Shown in pieces: positions 23,665 to 37,744 of a stretch of 64,000 nucleotides of DNA. The stretch's first letter is position 1, and every line of letters starts with the position of its first letter. The translations under genes were made by a program, and so were the position numbers. Under the pieces are notes generated by a model that saw nothing but the letters and a program-made list of their open reading frames with translations, was not told the origin of the DNA and did no database searches. Source of the stretch: Selaginella moellendorffii (taxonomy: Eukaryota > Plantae > Lycopodiophyta); the NCBI RefSeq assembly GCF_000143415.4, contig NW_003314263.1:1242165-1306164 (forward strand), read 5' to 3'.

Positions 23665-24570
23665 TAAATAAATCTTCTTTTCTAATTTTAGAATGTTAGA
23701 AATTTTTATTGTATACAAGATTAAAATTATATAAACTTTGCTACTATTCATCTCTAGAGTAATGCACAATAATGCAATTAGAGAATAATGCATATGTTGG
23801 GGAAGTTAAAATCATTTTTCATCATCATGAAATTTAAATTTGAATTTGTTTTTATTGCCTTTCCAAAAAGGTACAAAACCCTAAACATATCCACAAGATT
23901 GGTGCCAACCTTTTAAAACAATTGAGTTTTCACAAAATCAAAGAATTATACCAAAGAATAATAGGTTTTATAACTGGTTTGGTGAAGTTATAATTTAATT
24001 GTGTACTGAGTTAACTTCTTTACTATCTGAATTGTAATGATGCCTTTAACATTCATAGTTTACTAAATAATAATAGAATTTCTATTATGTATACCCTTAT
24101 TGTCGTAATCTATATGATTACATAGTGTGATAAAATTATTATAAAACTATTGATTTTATATCAAATTATAATATGCAGAAAGATATAGCATACCTAAAAT
24201 AAATAAATCTTCTTTTCTAATTTTACAATTTTTAAATTTTAATTTTTATTGTATACAAAGTTAAATTTATCTAAAATTTTCTACTATTCATCTCCAAATA
24301 AATGCACAATAATGCAAATAGATAATAATGCAAGTGTTCAGGAAGATAAGATCATTTGTTATCATCATTAAATTTGGATTTGATGTTTTTATTGCTTTTA
24401 TAAAAATGTTCACAACCCTAAACACATCTACAGGATTGCTGCCATGCTTTAAAAGCAATTGAGTTATCACAAAAACAAAGAATCATAGACTACCAATAAT
24501 AATAGGTTAGTTTGGAGAAATTATAATTTTAATTTATCTGAACTGTAATGATGCATAGTTTACTAATATG
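23665..24570 (+). repeat. Diverged AT-rich tandem duplication (~530 bp period); mirrored in the right arm
   Basis: AATAAATCTTCTTTTCTAATTTTA...CTACTATTCATCTC...AATGCACAATAATGCAA occurs at ~23665 and ~24200. Confidence 0.7.
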
Positions 24571-27500
24571 ATCTGAATTTCTTCTGGTTTTACATTTAGA
24601 AAACATACATAAGATGAATACATAACCAATTAGAAAAAAATGTGCATTCTTATTTAAAAACCTTTTCCCTTTATATTTGAACTTCTATATAATCATCTTT
24701 TGAATTGTTCTTTTTTGTTGCATATAACTCACTATACATTTTTGCAAATTCATGCCCTCATGAATAAAAGTTAATAACCATAACTTTCCTATAGCAAGGA
24801 TCCATGCTCTGCTGGGAATGTATCTTGGTTGGCAAATTTATTATGGAACTTAAGATGGTTTAGAATATTTGTCATTTGGATATCATGCCATGAGAGATAG
24901 CAATGAGTAGTTTATTTCAAAGATAAACAATTATTAAATTTTCCATACATTCTATATATTTTATAGACCAGTTTTAAGTCATTTTAAAATTGTAGTGTGG
25001 AGTCAATTAAATATAAGTATGTAGCATCAAGTGTTTTTAATTTACATTTTGCTGTTAATTGTGTCAAACTTTTTTCTTTAGTTGTGTGTGTATAAAGGAC
25101 CTAATACACCTAGCTTGGCTAGGTAATACACTAATTATAGTACTATAGCATATGGACCATCCATTCTTGTATATAAGTAGGGGTCTAAACCCCAATTAAT
25201 ATACCTATTTCTACATCCTGAGCACTCACAAGATAATTTTAAGGGAGAGGATATACCTTATCATGGAATAGGTAGAAAATAATTAAATAATTTACTATGC
25301 TTTACATGTAACAATGATTGGTTTGTTTAATAGTAATGTTATTCCTATAAAATTTATAATTATAAATATGTTTATATATTATAAACACAAGATTAATCTT
25401 ATTGCATATCAACCATTAGATGGTAAAATAAAAAAGAATATACTAGAAAGTGCTGAAGAATGTTTATAAATTATAAATACAAGATTAATTTAAATGAATA
25501 ACAACCAAAACTATATAAATATAAATTTGAAGGTATAAGGAATATACTTTGTATAGTTTGGTATATATATTAATATGTGCGAACTAGATAAAAAAGTTCC
25601 TTTTCAAATATCACAAAGACCTTTCCACACATATCTCACCTCACTTCCATCAAATCTGTCTACAACCCATCTAAACATGATTATCCTTTTGAACAACACC
25701 TTCAATCTCTCCATCCCTTTATGTAGTTAGCTTAGGGTATAAAACATAAGATCCTAATAAAGTGAATTTTGCAAGCTCTTCCTTGATCAACCATTTCTGT
25801 GACCTTTTGCATCCTCTTTTAGATCCTATGTAAAGAATCAACTCCTTGAGATATTGTAAACTAAATGATCCCTCGAAATCATGATCAAAATGATAAAGAA
25901 TTTGCTAGATGAAACCAAGTTTAGGACTGAGTTGAAGACTATGTCTGAAACCCTGAGACTTGAGATCGGGTCCAAGATCAAGTCCAAAATTAAATCCAAG
26001 ATTGAGTCTAAATACTAATATATGTTATAGAGTGAAAGGGGGCATTATAGATGTTCCAAAAGTATAATAAAAATAGTGAAGATAAAGACTTAGCTTTGAA
26101 ATGAACTCTCTAGTGCCCCTCAAAAAAGTGCTTAAGAGTAAGTCTTATTCCCAAAAGGGAAACCAACTACATTGCTCATAACTTAGGTGGAATGGTGCCT
26201 CATTTGAGTACCATATGGCTCATTGGTCTTTGCCCCTTTCTAGGGGATTGAATAATAAGGGTACCCATACCATGCTATTAAGCCACAATGTTTCCCCTTG
26301 GGATCTTAAACTAAAAAATGCATATGAGATTTGAGATTGAAAAGGTTTTATGAATAAATCTTATTGTACTAATGGATGTCAAAAACTTGAAAATTTGGTG
26401 TTCTTAGTTGTTTGTGTCTATGGGGAGTGTAGTTGAACTTTAAGTTTAGTTTACTCTAGGAAAGGAAATTGGGAGAGAGTTTGGGAAATTGGAAAAGGAA
26501 AATTTGTGGTTTACATTTTGTTAATGATTTATATTAAAACATTTTACCTTACAAGTAAAGATCACATTAACCTTTCCAAAACAAGATTGAAGTCTCTCCA
26601 AACTCTTGTACACAAGCACCAAATTCTTCTCACTCCATTTACTAATACCAGAATAGAAAGATTGATTGATCCTTCCATTGTATTTTGTACCGAAGTCCCA
26701 TAATTGATCCTTCCATTATATTCCATATGAATTCAATTTTTAGGGGTAAAAATATATCTTGTTCAAGGGTATATTATATTTTAAATAGCCACTAATTAAT
26801 GGGAATCGGGCTCACTCCAATACCATATATAATGCATCTTATCTCTCCCCTTAAGCTAATTGGAAAAGAGGCAATTGCTTAATAAAAAATCTTTTAATGG
26901 CCCTATTTATTCCCCAAGGTTTTAAGGATCTACAATGACAATATATTTAAATTTCATCCCATAATCATATGCACTACAATGGCATAGGTAAGCTTCTTTC
27001 ATTTTTTTCAATTTTTCATTTCACTTAGCTGTAGATTAAATAAGTTCTTGTAAAGGAGCTTAGACTACATTTATTTTTTGGGTTATTCTCTTGTTTTTAA
27101 GGAGGCTCAAATCTTAAGCCAAGTAAAGTAGGCTAAACTCAACAAGTTGATTACAAGGATATTTAAATTTGCTACTAGAGTGGGAGTGGGAAGCACTTTT
27201 TTAAGGGGCACTAGAGAGTTCCTTTAAAGACTATCTTCACTATCTTTATTATATTTTTGGAACATCTTGCAATGCCCCCTTTCTTTAGGATATTATCACT
27301 TTGGGCTTTTACCCCACAACCTATATTAATATTTGGACTCTGACTTAGTCTCAAACTTGATTTTAAACTTGGTCTTGGACCCAATCTCGGATTAGAGTCT
27401 CGAACGTAGTCTCAAACTTGGTCTTAACCTTGGTTTCATCTAATAAATTCTATATGGTTTTTATCATGATTTTGAGGGATCTTTTAGTCTCCACACCCCA

Positions 27501-27736
27501 TAGTGCCCCCTTTCTTTAGGATATTATCACTTCAGGCTTGTACCCCACAACCTATATTAGGGTGGTGGCATAGCATGAACACTGATATCAATGATGTTTT
27601 TCCAAACATTGAGTGTCATGAAAGCATTTCATGTGGTGTAGGATACATAGATGCAGTATGTATTAACTTGCAGGTAAAATTTTCTTCCTTACTCAGCTTT
27701 GCTTGGTTTACCAATTGGTTCCATATAGGACCTGTC

Positions 27737-30700
27737 TGTAAGCGACTAAATTTTCCATTCTACTTTAGTCACTTAACCACACCTTCGACCACTTGGAGGA
27801 GTCTCATTCACAACCTCCATCAGTCCAATTCAGGACTTGGGACTTGCTAGCCCCAAGAATGGCATCCATGCCACTCAACACTTGCACCTGGTCCAAGTGC
27901 TCCACGTGTCCGGTCCCAAGACCGACACCCAAAGGTACCACTGACATCTCGGCCCGTTACGCTAAGGCCATGCCCACCTTTGCTGCACTAGTGGTCCAAT
28001 ACCACTTGCATCACCATCCCGTCTCTCCAAGACTGGGCCCTCTGTCCACGAGTGGTCATCCTAGATCCACTCCTTAGCATCCTTAGGATGCCCACAGACC
28101 TAGGGAATCGCCTTCCCCAAAGTCCCTTTGTCAGTTCCTACCAAGTCCCTTTCTGCCCCTGGCCGTGTTTGCCAACACCGCCACTGGATCGAGGCCCACA
28201 GGCCCGACCACTAAGTCCCATGGTCCTCTGGGACTTCCTCACCACACGACTGTGTCCTTGGTCACTACCCCAGAGGACTGCTCCTCTTCCTTTCCACAAT
28301 CTAGGCCTTTGGGACAACATTTTGGAACACCGTGGCCTTACGCAAGCCACCTGGGTACTCTCCCTGCCTTTCGCCTTTAGGTGCTCTAGCCATGGGCTTA
28401 GAGCGAGGTTCCATTGAGCCACGCCTGGTATCCAAGTAGGTAGTGCCACCCACACTTGGACTGGGAGCATCGGCCAGTCGATCTCCCGGGGGAACTAGAG
28501 CCGGCTCTTGAACACTTCACCAAGCCACCCCGCTTGTCGGTCCGTATTCACTCTAGTCTTGGACTTCCCAGTGGTCAGTTCATCACCCAACACTGGGTCT
28601 GGCCTTCCTGGGCCAAACTGGCCTTTCCTGGCCAAACTGGCTCCACTGCAGTCCTCCCCCCTTACTATACTTTTGGAGCTCACCAAACCCCCCAGGGTCT
28701 GGGAGACGAACGCTTTGGGCTTTCACCCTCTCAGACTCGAACTCGGACTCGGACTCGGACTCGGACTCGGACTCGGACTCGGAATCGGACTCGGACTCGG
28801 GCTCGGTCTCAGCCTTGGCCTCGGTCTCAGTCTCGGTCCCGGTCTCGGTCCCGGTCTCAGTCCCGGTCTCGGTCTCGGTCTCGGTCCCGGTCTCGGTCTC
28901 GACCTCGGACTCCATCTCGGGTCCTTCTCGGACTCCGTCTCGGCCCATCTCGGACTTCATCTCGGACTCCGTCTCGGTCCATCTCAGACTCCATCTCGGG
29001 TCCATCTCGGACTCCGTCTCGGTCCACCTCGAACTCCATCTCGGACTCCATCTCGGGTCCATCTCGGACTCCATCTCGGACTCCATCTCGGGTCCATCTC
29101 GGACTCCGTCTTGGTCCACCTCGGACTCCATCTCGGACTCCATCTCGGACTCCATCTCGGACTCCATCTCGGGTCCATCTCGGACTCCGTCTCGGTCCAC
29201 CTCGGACTCCACTTCGGGTCCATCTCGGACTCCATATCGGACTCCACTTCGGACTCCATATCGGACTCCACTTCAGGTCCATCTCGGACTCCAACTAGGG
29301 TCCGTCTCGGACTCCATCTCGGACACTTCCACGTGTCATATGTTGGTCCTTTTTGGGTCCCTTTTTGGAGCCTTGCTTATTGCTCGCTCCTTGAGCACTT
29401 TGTTGGGAGTTCCACTCCTGCTCTCGACCTTCCAAGTCAGAGCTTTTAGTCCAAATGTGTTACACTCGTTTGGGCTTTCGCTTCGGCCACTACCACGTGG
29501 CACCCTTTCTGGCTCCACTTTGGGGCCTAGGGATTTTGTGTCTCACAACTCCACCACCCATAGACGAAGCTCAATGTCCTCATCGAACGGTAAACCATTT
29601 TATAAAGTAACACCCGCATGTGTTACCATTTCCATCCTTGGCACCTAGCCAACATTTGTCAATGGTTTGAAATTGAAGGCTCACTATGCCTTCTCCATAT
29701 TTGTCAATGGTTTGACACCAAAGGCTCCCCATGCCTTGCCCATCCTATAAGGAGGATAGTCTCTCCAACTTAGAGACTCACTTGACCACCTAGGGTGGGT
29801 TGCTCCTTTTTATTGGTTCAGTTCTCGCTAAACCTGTTAGAGACACCCTCTCTAACTCAATTCCACTACTCATTCTTGAGTAGTCACCGATTCCATTGAT
29901 CTACCTTTGCACTTTGGAACGTTTACTTTTGACTTCTTGAAGTCAATTTCCTAGGTGTCTCCGACACCTTGCCTTGCACATTTTGTGCAACTCCACTTCC
30001 TCTCCTAAGAAGTTCTCTACTCGAGGGCACCCTCATCCTCTTTTCTATTTTTGTGCCACCATTGGCATTACGTTCCATTTATTATTATTTGTGCTAGGGC
30101 TGTCCACGGCCCTATCTTTTGGCTACTTTGCCGCTCCTCACTTGGAGCTTTTTCTTCGCCAAATCGGAGCACTTGGGAATCTATCCTTGGAAGTCCACTT
30201 CCCTTCCCACAATCCGTTAGCACCCAACACGTTAGTGTTCTTGGCTTAACTTTGCCATTTGGTTTCTTTCCCATGATTCCCATGGCTCTTTTCTTAGCCA
30301 TTAGTCTTTTGCTCCTATCCTTGATTGTTGTACCTAACAACATCGGATCATTACCTCCATTCTCGAGGTATCCTCTTGATTCCATAGCAAAGACTTTACT
30401 TTGCCAAGTCCAAAGGGTGCTCACCCCTAGTACGTCACTTTAGCATTTCCTGCTATGGGCTTTATCCATGGCCCAACTTTTGAGACCCTCCCTTGGATCT
30501 TTCATAGAGGCCACTTTCCTCGGACTTACTATGCCATAGCCGTGACATAGCTCATTTCCCATAGGTGCTCTTCCCACTTGGTCACCTTGACCAAGCCACA
30601 CCATTATCAGTAGTTCAAATCAACACTTTGAACTAGGAATCATATCCTTTAACCCAAACAAAGACCTTGTCCGTGTTCAACCACAAGATCAACTAGTGAT

Positions 30701-33700
30701 CTCATCTTGACCCCTTAATAGGTCTACCAATAGGGACTAGGTCTTCCAGACCTTACTAAGTTGTTGACTATGACCCCGGGGGCATCCCCCACACTTGGCG
30801 GTGCGCCCAAGCTAGCCCTTCCGGCCAAGGATCCATAGCAACTGAGACTGGGTGTCCCCATCTCATTCACCACGTCCTTGGTGCCTTTTGCACCAAAATG
30901 TTCAAGTTAGATATGCCGAGCTTTCACTCTAAGCAATCTAACCGTGCATCACGACTCTGAGGCATCCCTCGCTTGGCGGTGTGCCCAAACCAGTCTCCAC
31001 ACTGAGAGTCCATGACCACCGAAAAATGAGTGTCCTCATATTCCAAACCATCACCACGCCCTAGTGAATTGGGACTCGAACCCAAGCACTAGAGAGTCGG
31101 GACTCGAACCCAACCTCCGTATATGCATCTACGGACGGCATCACCCAAGATGCCTAGCGTGACTCCCCATGCCGGTGCACCAACTTATACTTAAAGCACG
31201 CTACAGATCACAGCTTAGGAACCTAGTTCCTCCACACTGCCAAGTCCTCTCACTTGACAAGTCTGTGATCATGCATGGACTCCTCCATACTTGGCCTCAT
31301 GGCCCACCCCTTTTGAAGTTATCACCTTCAACTAGGGTATTTGTTCCCCTGACTTGCCAATCTCACTTTGGCAAGCCCTCCGACCACTGTAACATGGTTC
31401 CTACACAAGCTTGAAAGCCCTTGATCATCGACTTTCATTCAAAGCCCTCTCTTTGAACACTCGGGAACTACTTCCCTAACCTTGATAGCCTTGCCTCATG
31501 GCAAGCTTCAAGACCACGCTTCTGTTGCGCCACTCTGATTTCGCGCATTCCTTGAACCATTTATGCTTGGCCTTTCTAGGTACTAAGCTACCTAGAATCA
31601 TCTTTGGGAACCTTGAAGGAACTCTGTCCTTTAGCTTGCTAAGGCCTCCCTTTTTGCAAACTTTCCAATTACCATATAGTCTAACATGGATAATTCCATA
31701 TTTTAGACTCTCCATGGCATCACGGTTGCTAGCGGCAACACCCTCGAGCCCCCACTTGATTCTCCACTCCCAGCTGGCATAACCAACCTTGGTTATGCTC
31801 TTCGATTCCTATGGTTCGGTTCTACCCCTTTACTTCTTGCTTTTGGCTTCACACGTTTCCTTTAGTCATTCTCCTCCAGACCAGGAGGATATCTTTGCAC
31901 TTTCTATCATGCCTTAGCAAGTATTCTTAGGGATGAACCTACTCGATAGCCTAGGGAGTGGTTCCTCAATCCAGGTATGCTCACCCTATAATCCCACACA
32001 CCAAGATTACATTGTTGCTTATGGGCCTTTACATGCCCATCGCTAGCCTTGCCAAAATTCCATTTTTGGCTTTGTCCAATTCGAGTAGACAGTCTTCTCC
32101 TGTCTCCGCCACCTTGGACATTTGGATAGCACCTTCTATCCATCATTTGCTAGGGACTTATTCCCTTGGGCCTTATCTATTGCCCTCGCGACATCAAACA
32201 CCACCTCCTGGTGTTCTAAAGTGTTCGGGTGTCCAATGATGGCTTCCTTGACAATGAGTATTTCCTTTCATGACATTGACTTACTATATCGCAACATAAG
32301 CAACTTATCCCCCGTAAGGGTATATCCAACTTCCTTATGCCATTAAGAAGGCTTGGGTAGCTACCTTCTACCCGTTTAACCAATTATTTTGCACCTCTTG
32401 CTTAGTTGCCTCATAGTTGTCAAGTCCTACAACTCATTGCTGGTGCTTCCACACCTCCATCATTATCTGGGTCACCACACTCCAACCGCATGCTCTGCAA
32501 CTTAGGCTATGCCATTCCCATTTCCATTGGGATTCCTTTGGCAAGGGGTTCTCATGAACCCACCAACATAGCCTCAAGGTATCACACCTTGGCACATTTG
32601 GTGTCTCCACACCATCGGCTCCACGAGCCTACCTTTATGACACTTCTTCTTTGTGTCTATGTCTTTTCCAAGACCAATACCACTCTTTTTCATGCCAACC
32701 ATCTGTTAGCATTACACCATAGAGGTCACACACAACTTTGTTTCAAAGTTGTTTTCTTTTGGGAACACCCTTCCCACGACTTTAGCATGGCACATTTTGC
32801 CATCGATGAGATACCCTCTGTTCTCATCCTTGGATTTTATGATCCCCCCCATCCTTCGTGGGGTACCACACACCTCAGTCCAAATGCTTCTATCAATCCT
32901 TTAGGATTATTCCTTGACTCTATTGGAGTCATCCAGCTTTTTGGACTTGGTTAATCCACAGACCCGTAAGGTCTTACTTGTGGGGCACTTGCTCACTGGA
33001 ATACACTTCTTGCATTCACGTCCTACTCACAAGGACTATTTTCACAAGTGTTACTCTGACACTTGATTTTGTTCTCTGGGGCAACCTTTGCCCCTTAGGA
33101 CTACTTGTCCATGTGATGAGAATACCAACTCGTCTCTAAGTACACCCCCCAACTCCTTGGGTTGTTCCAGCATTTATTAAAGGTAGCCCCGGCTACCATT
33201 TCAAAGACTTGAGTCCTCTTCCGTATTTGACCTCCCATGGTCATCACTTCAAGTCTCACATTCATGAGCACTAACCTCAACTATATGAGGATAACCATAT
33301 ACTGTTCCCAAGATCCCAAAGTCGTTCCATTACTGGTCCCTATTCTATCCACCACATCGCGCCCAAGTTCATGCATGAACTCGAGTGGAGAGCCATGTCC
33401 TCTCGCCGTGCTACTCCTCAAGGATAGGCCCACTCCTAGGACCTTCCGATGCCAATATCAATGGTGATATACTTGAGCACCAATAAAAGTCGGACTAAGG
33501 AACAGCTCTGATACCAAGTTGTAAGCGACTAAATTTTCCATTCTACTTTAGTCACTTAACCACACCTTCGACCACTTGGAGGAGTCTCATTCACAACCTC
33601 CATCAGTCCAATTCAGGACTTGGGACTTGCTAGCCCCAAGAATGGCATCCATGCCACTCAACACTTGCACCTGGTCCAAGTGCTCCACGTGTCCGGTCCC

Positions 33701-35380
33701 AAGACCGACACCCAAAGGTACCACTGACATCTCGGCCCGTTACGCTAAGGCCATGCCCACCTTTGCTGCACTAGTGGTCCAATACCACTTGCATCACCAT
33801 CCCGTCTCTCCAAGACTGGGCCCTCTGTCCACGAGTGGTCATCCTAGATCCACTCCTTAGCATCCTTAGGATGCCCACAGACCTAGGGAATCGCCTTCCC
33901 CAAAGTCCCTTTGTCAGTTCCTACCAAGTCCCTTTCTGCCCCTGGCCGTGTTTGCTAACACCGCCACTGGATCGAGGCCCACAGGCCCGACCACTAAGTC
34001 CCATGGTCCTCTGGGACTTCCTCACCACACGACTGTGTCCTTGGTCACTACCCCAGAGGACTGCTCCTCTTCCTTTCCACAATCTAGGCCTTTGGGACAA
34101 CATTTTGGAACACCGTGGCCTTACGCAAGCCACCTGGGTACTCTCCCTGCCTTTCGCCTTTAGGTGCTCTAGCCATGGGCTTAGAACGAGGTTCCATTGA
34201 GCCACGCCTGGTATCCAAGTAGGTAGTGCCACCCACACTTGGACTGGGAGCATCGGCCAGTCGATCTCCCGGGGGAACTAGAGCCGGCTCTTGAACACTT
34301 CACCAAGCCACCCCGCTTGTCGGTCCGTATTCACTCTAGTCTTGGACTTCCCAGTGGTCAGTTCATCACCCAACACTGGGTCTGGCCTTCCTGGGCCAAA
34401 CTGACCTTTCCTGGCCAAACTGGCTCCACTGCAGTCCTCCCCCCTTACTATACTTTTGGAGCTCACCAAACCCCCCAGGGTCTGGGAGACGAACGCTTTG
34501 GGCTTTCACCCTCTCAGACTCGAACTCGGACTCGGACTCGGACTCGGACTCGGACTCGAACTCGGATTCGGGCTCGGTCTCAGCCTTGGCCTCGGTCTCG
34601 GTCTCGGTCCCGGTCTCGGTCCCGGTCTCGGTCTCGGTCTCGGTCTCGGTCCCGGTCTCGGTCTCGACCTCGGACTCTATCTCGGGTCCTTCTCGGACTC
34701 CGTCTTGGCCCATCTCGGACTCCATCTCGGACTCCGTCTCGGTCCATCTCAGACTCCATCTCGGGTCCATCTCGGACTCCGTCTCGGTCCACCTCGGACT
34801 CCATCTCGGACTCTATCTCGGGTCCATCTCGGACTCCATCTCGGACTCCATCTCGGGTCCATCTCGGACTCCGTCTTGGTCCACCTCGGACTCCATCTCG
34901 GACTCCATCTCGGGTCCATCTCGGACTCCATCTCGGGTCCATCTCGGACTCCATCTCGGGTCCATCTTGGACTCCGTCTCGGTCCACCTCGGACTCCATC
35001 TTCGGGTCCATCTCGGACTCCATATCGGACTCCACTTCGGGTCCATCTCGGACTCCATATCGGACTCCACTTCGGGTCCATCTCGGACTCCACTTCGGGT
35101 CCATCTCGGACTCCAACTAGGGTCCGTCTCGGACTCCATCTCGGACACTTCCACGTGTTATATGTTAGTCCTTTTTGGGTCCCTTTTTGGAGCCTTGCTT
35201 ATTGCTCGCTTCGTGCTCGCTCCTTGAGCACTTTGTTGGGAGTTCCACTCCTGCTCTCGACCTTCCAAGTCAGAGCTTTTAGTCCAAACGTGTTACACTC
35301 GTTTGGGCTTTCACTTCGGCCACTACCACGTGGCACCCTTTCCGGCTCCACTTTGGGGCCTAGGGATTTTGTGTCTCACA
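27737..35380 (-). mobile_element. Non-autonomous LTR retroelement (LARD-like), 7.6 kb
   Basis: LTRs 27737-29547 and 33520-35380 (TG...CA). 5-bp TSD CTGTC (27732-27736, 35381-35385). tRNA-iMet PBS TGGTATCAGAGC on the minus strand at 33505-33516. PPT-like GGGTGGTGGAGT next to the left LTR. The ~4 kb internal region has no recognisable gag/pol ORF. Confidence 0.9.
28735..29325 (+). repeat. Composite minisatellite in LTR: (CTCGGA)n, (CTCGGT)n, (GGACTCCATCTC)n; second array at ~34518-35146
   Basis: 6- and 12-bp units are directly visible. They create low-complexity ORFs in several frames. Confidence 0.9.
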
Positions 35381-37744
35381 CTGTCATACGAAGAAGAGCA
35401 ACTGAAGTAATAGATCCATATAAAAGCCTTGAATTGGTAGTTCTTGTGCACAATCTGGCTCACAAGATTCCCAGGCTGCAATAACAGGCTGCCGATCACT
35501 CTTGACCTGCTCTTGGCACCCTCTTGGACAAGATCACTACTATTGAGGTCCCTTTCATTTTAGCTCTTGCCATGAGTGCCGACTGGCATCAGCTTTCAAG
35601 CGTTGCAGCCATGGATGCGTACAAGTCCACTCCCGACTCGACTCAACTCATTCCCCTACACTGTTCACAGCTGTAGTGGAACGTCCAAGAGCCTACTGCA
35701 AAGCAACTCTGGTGGTGACAAAGTCCCAGGAATGGTGCAGAGACTGGGACATCGTAGGTCTCTTTTTTATATTGATTTTTTGTTTTCACCATTTTTGCAG
35801 AAAAAATTATTGGAGATGATCCGGATAAGGAGAAGCGGCGATTGATCGTTTGTAGTACCTCCAAGCATGACCTGGAAAGGGTGGGTAGAATGAAAAATGT
35901 CTGAAGAGGTTAGAGTGAAATGTAACTTTGTTTTCCCAGCTAGCTTGGGCGGAGTATGGCAATGATATATGGTGATTGATGAATCGGCCATCAGAAATAT
36001 ACTATGAAGAGCTATCCATGGTTCACAGTTTGCCATGAAATGGAATGAGAACACCGTGCTTGCTTTGCAAGTGCTGGCCCACGAGAATGGCTGGCAGCTC
36101 TTTATTCAGCGGGAGTTCCTTGTGCTGTTGCATCCACAATAGATCAGATTAGCTTGTTGGATGCACTCATCAGAATGGGTCTCAACAAGAGTGAGGCCAT
36201 TAGACACGTCGTGGTTTTAATACAATGATTGTTGAGTCTAGGCAATTGTCACAGAAGAGGATGGAATGGACTCCAGCACGGATTGGGAGCTGGATCCTTT
36301 GTCCCAGAGACCAGAGTGGCTGGAATGGTTTAGGCTAGGGTTTATGCAGAATGTGGTGGTGGTAACACATCACAGCCGAGCAGCACCCCTCTCTGTGTCC
36401 GCAAAGATCTTGAGGAGATCCTTCCAGCAAAAGACCTTATTGATATATCGATATCAAGGAGTCACTGAAAAATAGTCTAGAGTAACTTCAGCCAAAGAGA
36501 TTGATTGAGCTCTTCAGTTGCCAAAGACCCGACTACCATTGCTCTGGCAGCCTCTGCTCAAGATGTCCACTGGTGAATTCCAAATATCTTCACACCCAGC
36601 TCAACGAGCTAATCCAAGCGACGTGCTAAGTAGTGAGTGCCTCACTCTCATGCTTTCCTGTTCATTAAAGTTCCTGTTTTTCCAGTTTTATTGTTCCTCC
36701 AAAGTGGAAGTTTAGCTCTTTGTTTCACAGATTTATAAAGCTGACCACCCAAGAGAGTTCGAAAGTCAGAATCACGTCTCCAACTAGAGGCTTAAGTTCT
36801 GCAGCCTTAAAAACCACAGGAAGCGATCTTCCACTTCTACAGAGCCTATCACCTCCACTTCACAACCACGGCCTCATTGCTCACTTGGCCTCGTATTGTT
36901 TTTTTTTTTGTTTTTCTTTTCTATGAGCCTCTTCTTGTCCTTTTGGTAAGTAACAAAAACAAGCTTCCGAAGGAAACATGTGCGCACTAGGGGAGGTCTT
37001 CTTAGCTGTTAGAGTAGAGCATAGGAAATTATACAAGGAAGGCAATCTCCAAGGAAGTATGGAGCAGTAGCAGCAGCAAATGGAATCTTTAGGTCCTTGA
37101 TATAGTTATTTATATTTTTCACAAGATATTTAGTCTATAATATAATGTAATGCTTGGATGGCGGGCTTTGTCGTTGAGTATGTGAAATCCGGTAGGTCGC
37201 CATGCAAGCATTGCAAGATCAAACTTGCGGAGGGCAATTGGCAAGGGCACCAGAATTGACATGACCAAATGGTAAAGATTTTCCATTCTTTTTTTTAGCA
37301 ATTTCTTTCTTTTCTTCTTCTTGCGGAAGGCATCACTCCAAATGCATTTTGGAGATCCAAGCTCCTGTAGTGGGCATTCTCAAGGCCAAAGGCTTCGCTG
37401 CTTGAAAGTAAATATATATAATAGCTAAGAGCCAAAATAGGATATACATCATACAAGTTCACCATATGTTATCTTGACTGATACTTTTTTGCAGAATGCG
37501 ATGAGATAAGAGAGCTTTCTGATTTGTGGCTTCAGATCAAACTATTATGAAGGATATGCTACAGGGAGAAGTAAGCTGTAAAAATATTTGTCTCTGAGGG
37601 GAAAGCTGTCGTGCCGAGGGAAACTTGACAGCTTAGGTTGTCCAGCTTTGAGCCATCTCAGTTCCCTACATGCTACAAGGTTTGCGTTTTGCATTTAACG
37701 CTTTTGATTGTATTCATCTTTGAAGACGCATAAGATGTATCGGG

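Larger units (their letters stand above)
20627..25582 (+). repeat. Left arm of ~5 kb near-identical inverted repeat (partner 44565-49499)
   Basis: Mirrored ORFs have a constant coordinate sum of 70126 (e.g. 21749/48377, 23584/46542, 24288/45838). One 21-bp indel near 25300. Confidence 0.95.
27560..36010 (+). pseudogene. C-terminal fragment of a lipase class 3 family gene (At3g07400-like), split by the LTR element
   Basis: Left of the insertion: ESISCGVGYIDAVCINLQ. Right of it: LVVLVHNLAHKIPRL*...PALGTLLDKI..IEVPFILAL and LNSFPYTVHSCSG. Stops and frameshifts present. Confidence 0.6.

Noticed and set aside
28456-29648. Long RS/RT-, GL- and SD-rich ORFs (also 34239-35484) resembling SR proteins
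   Set aside because: By-products of stop-free 6/12-bp minisatellites inside LTRs. They are open in many frames on both strands and have no RRM.
29548-33504. Possible gag/pol in the LARD-like internal region
   Set aside because: No RT, integrase, protease or zinc-knuckle motif recognised, and frames are short.
36050-37700. GC-richer patches that may be further gene fragments
   Set aside because: Translations were not recognisable, so no call can be supported without a search.
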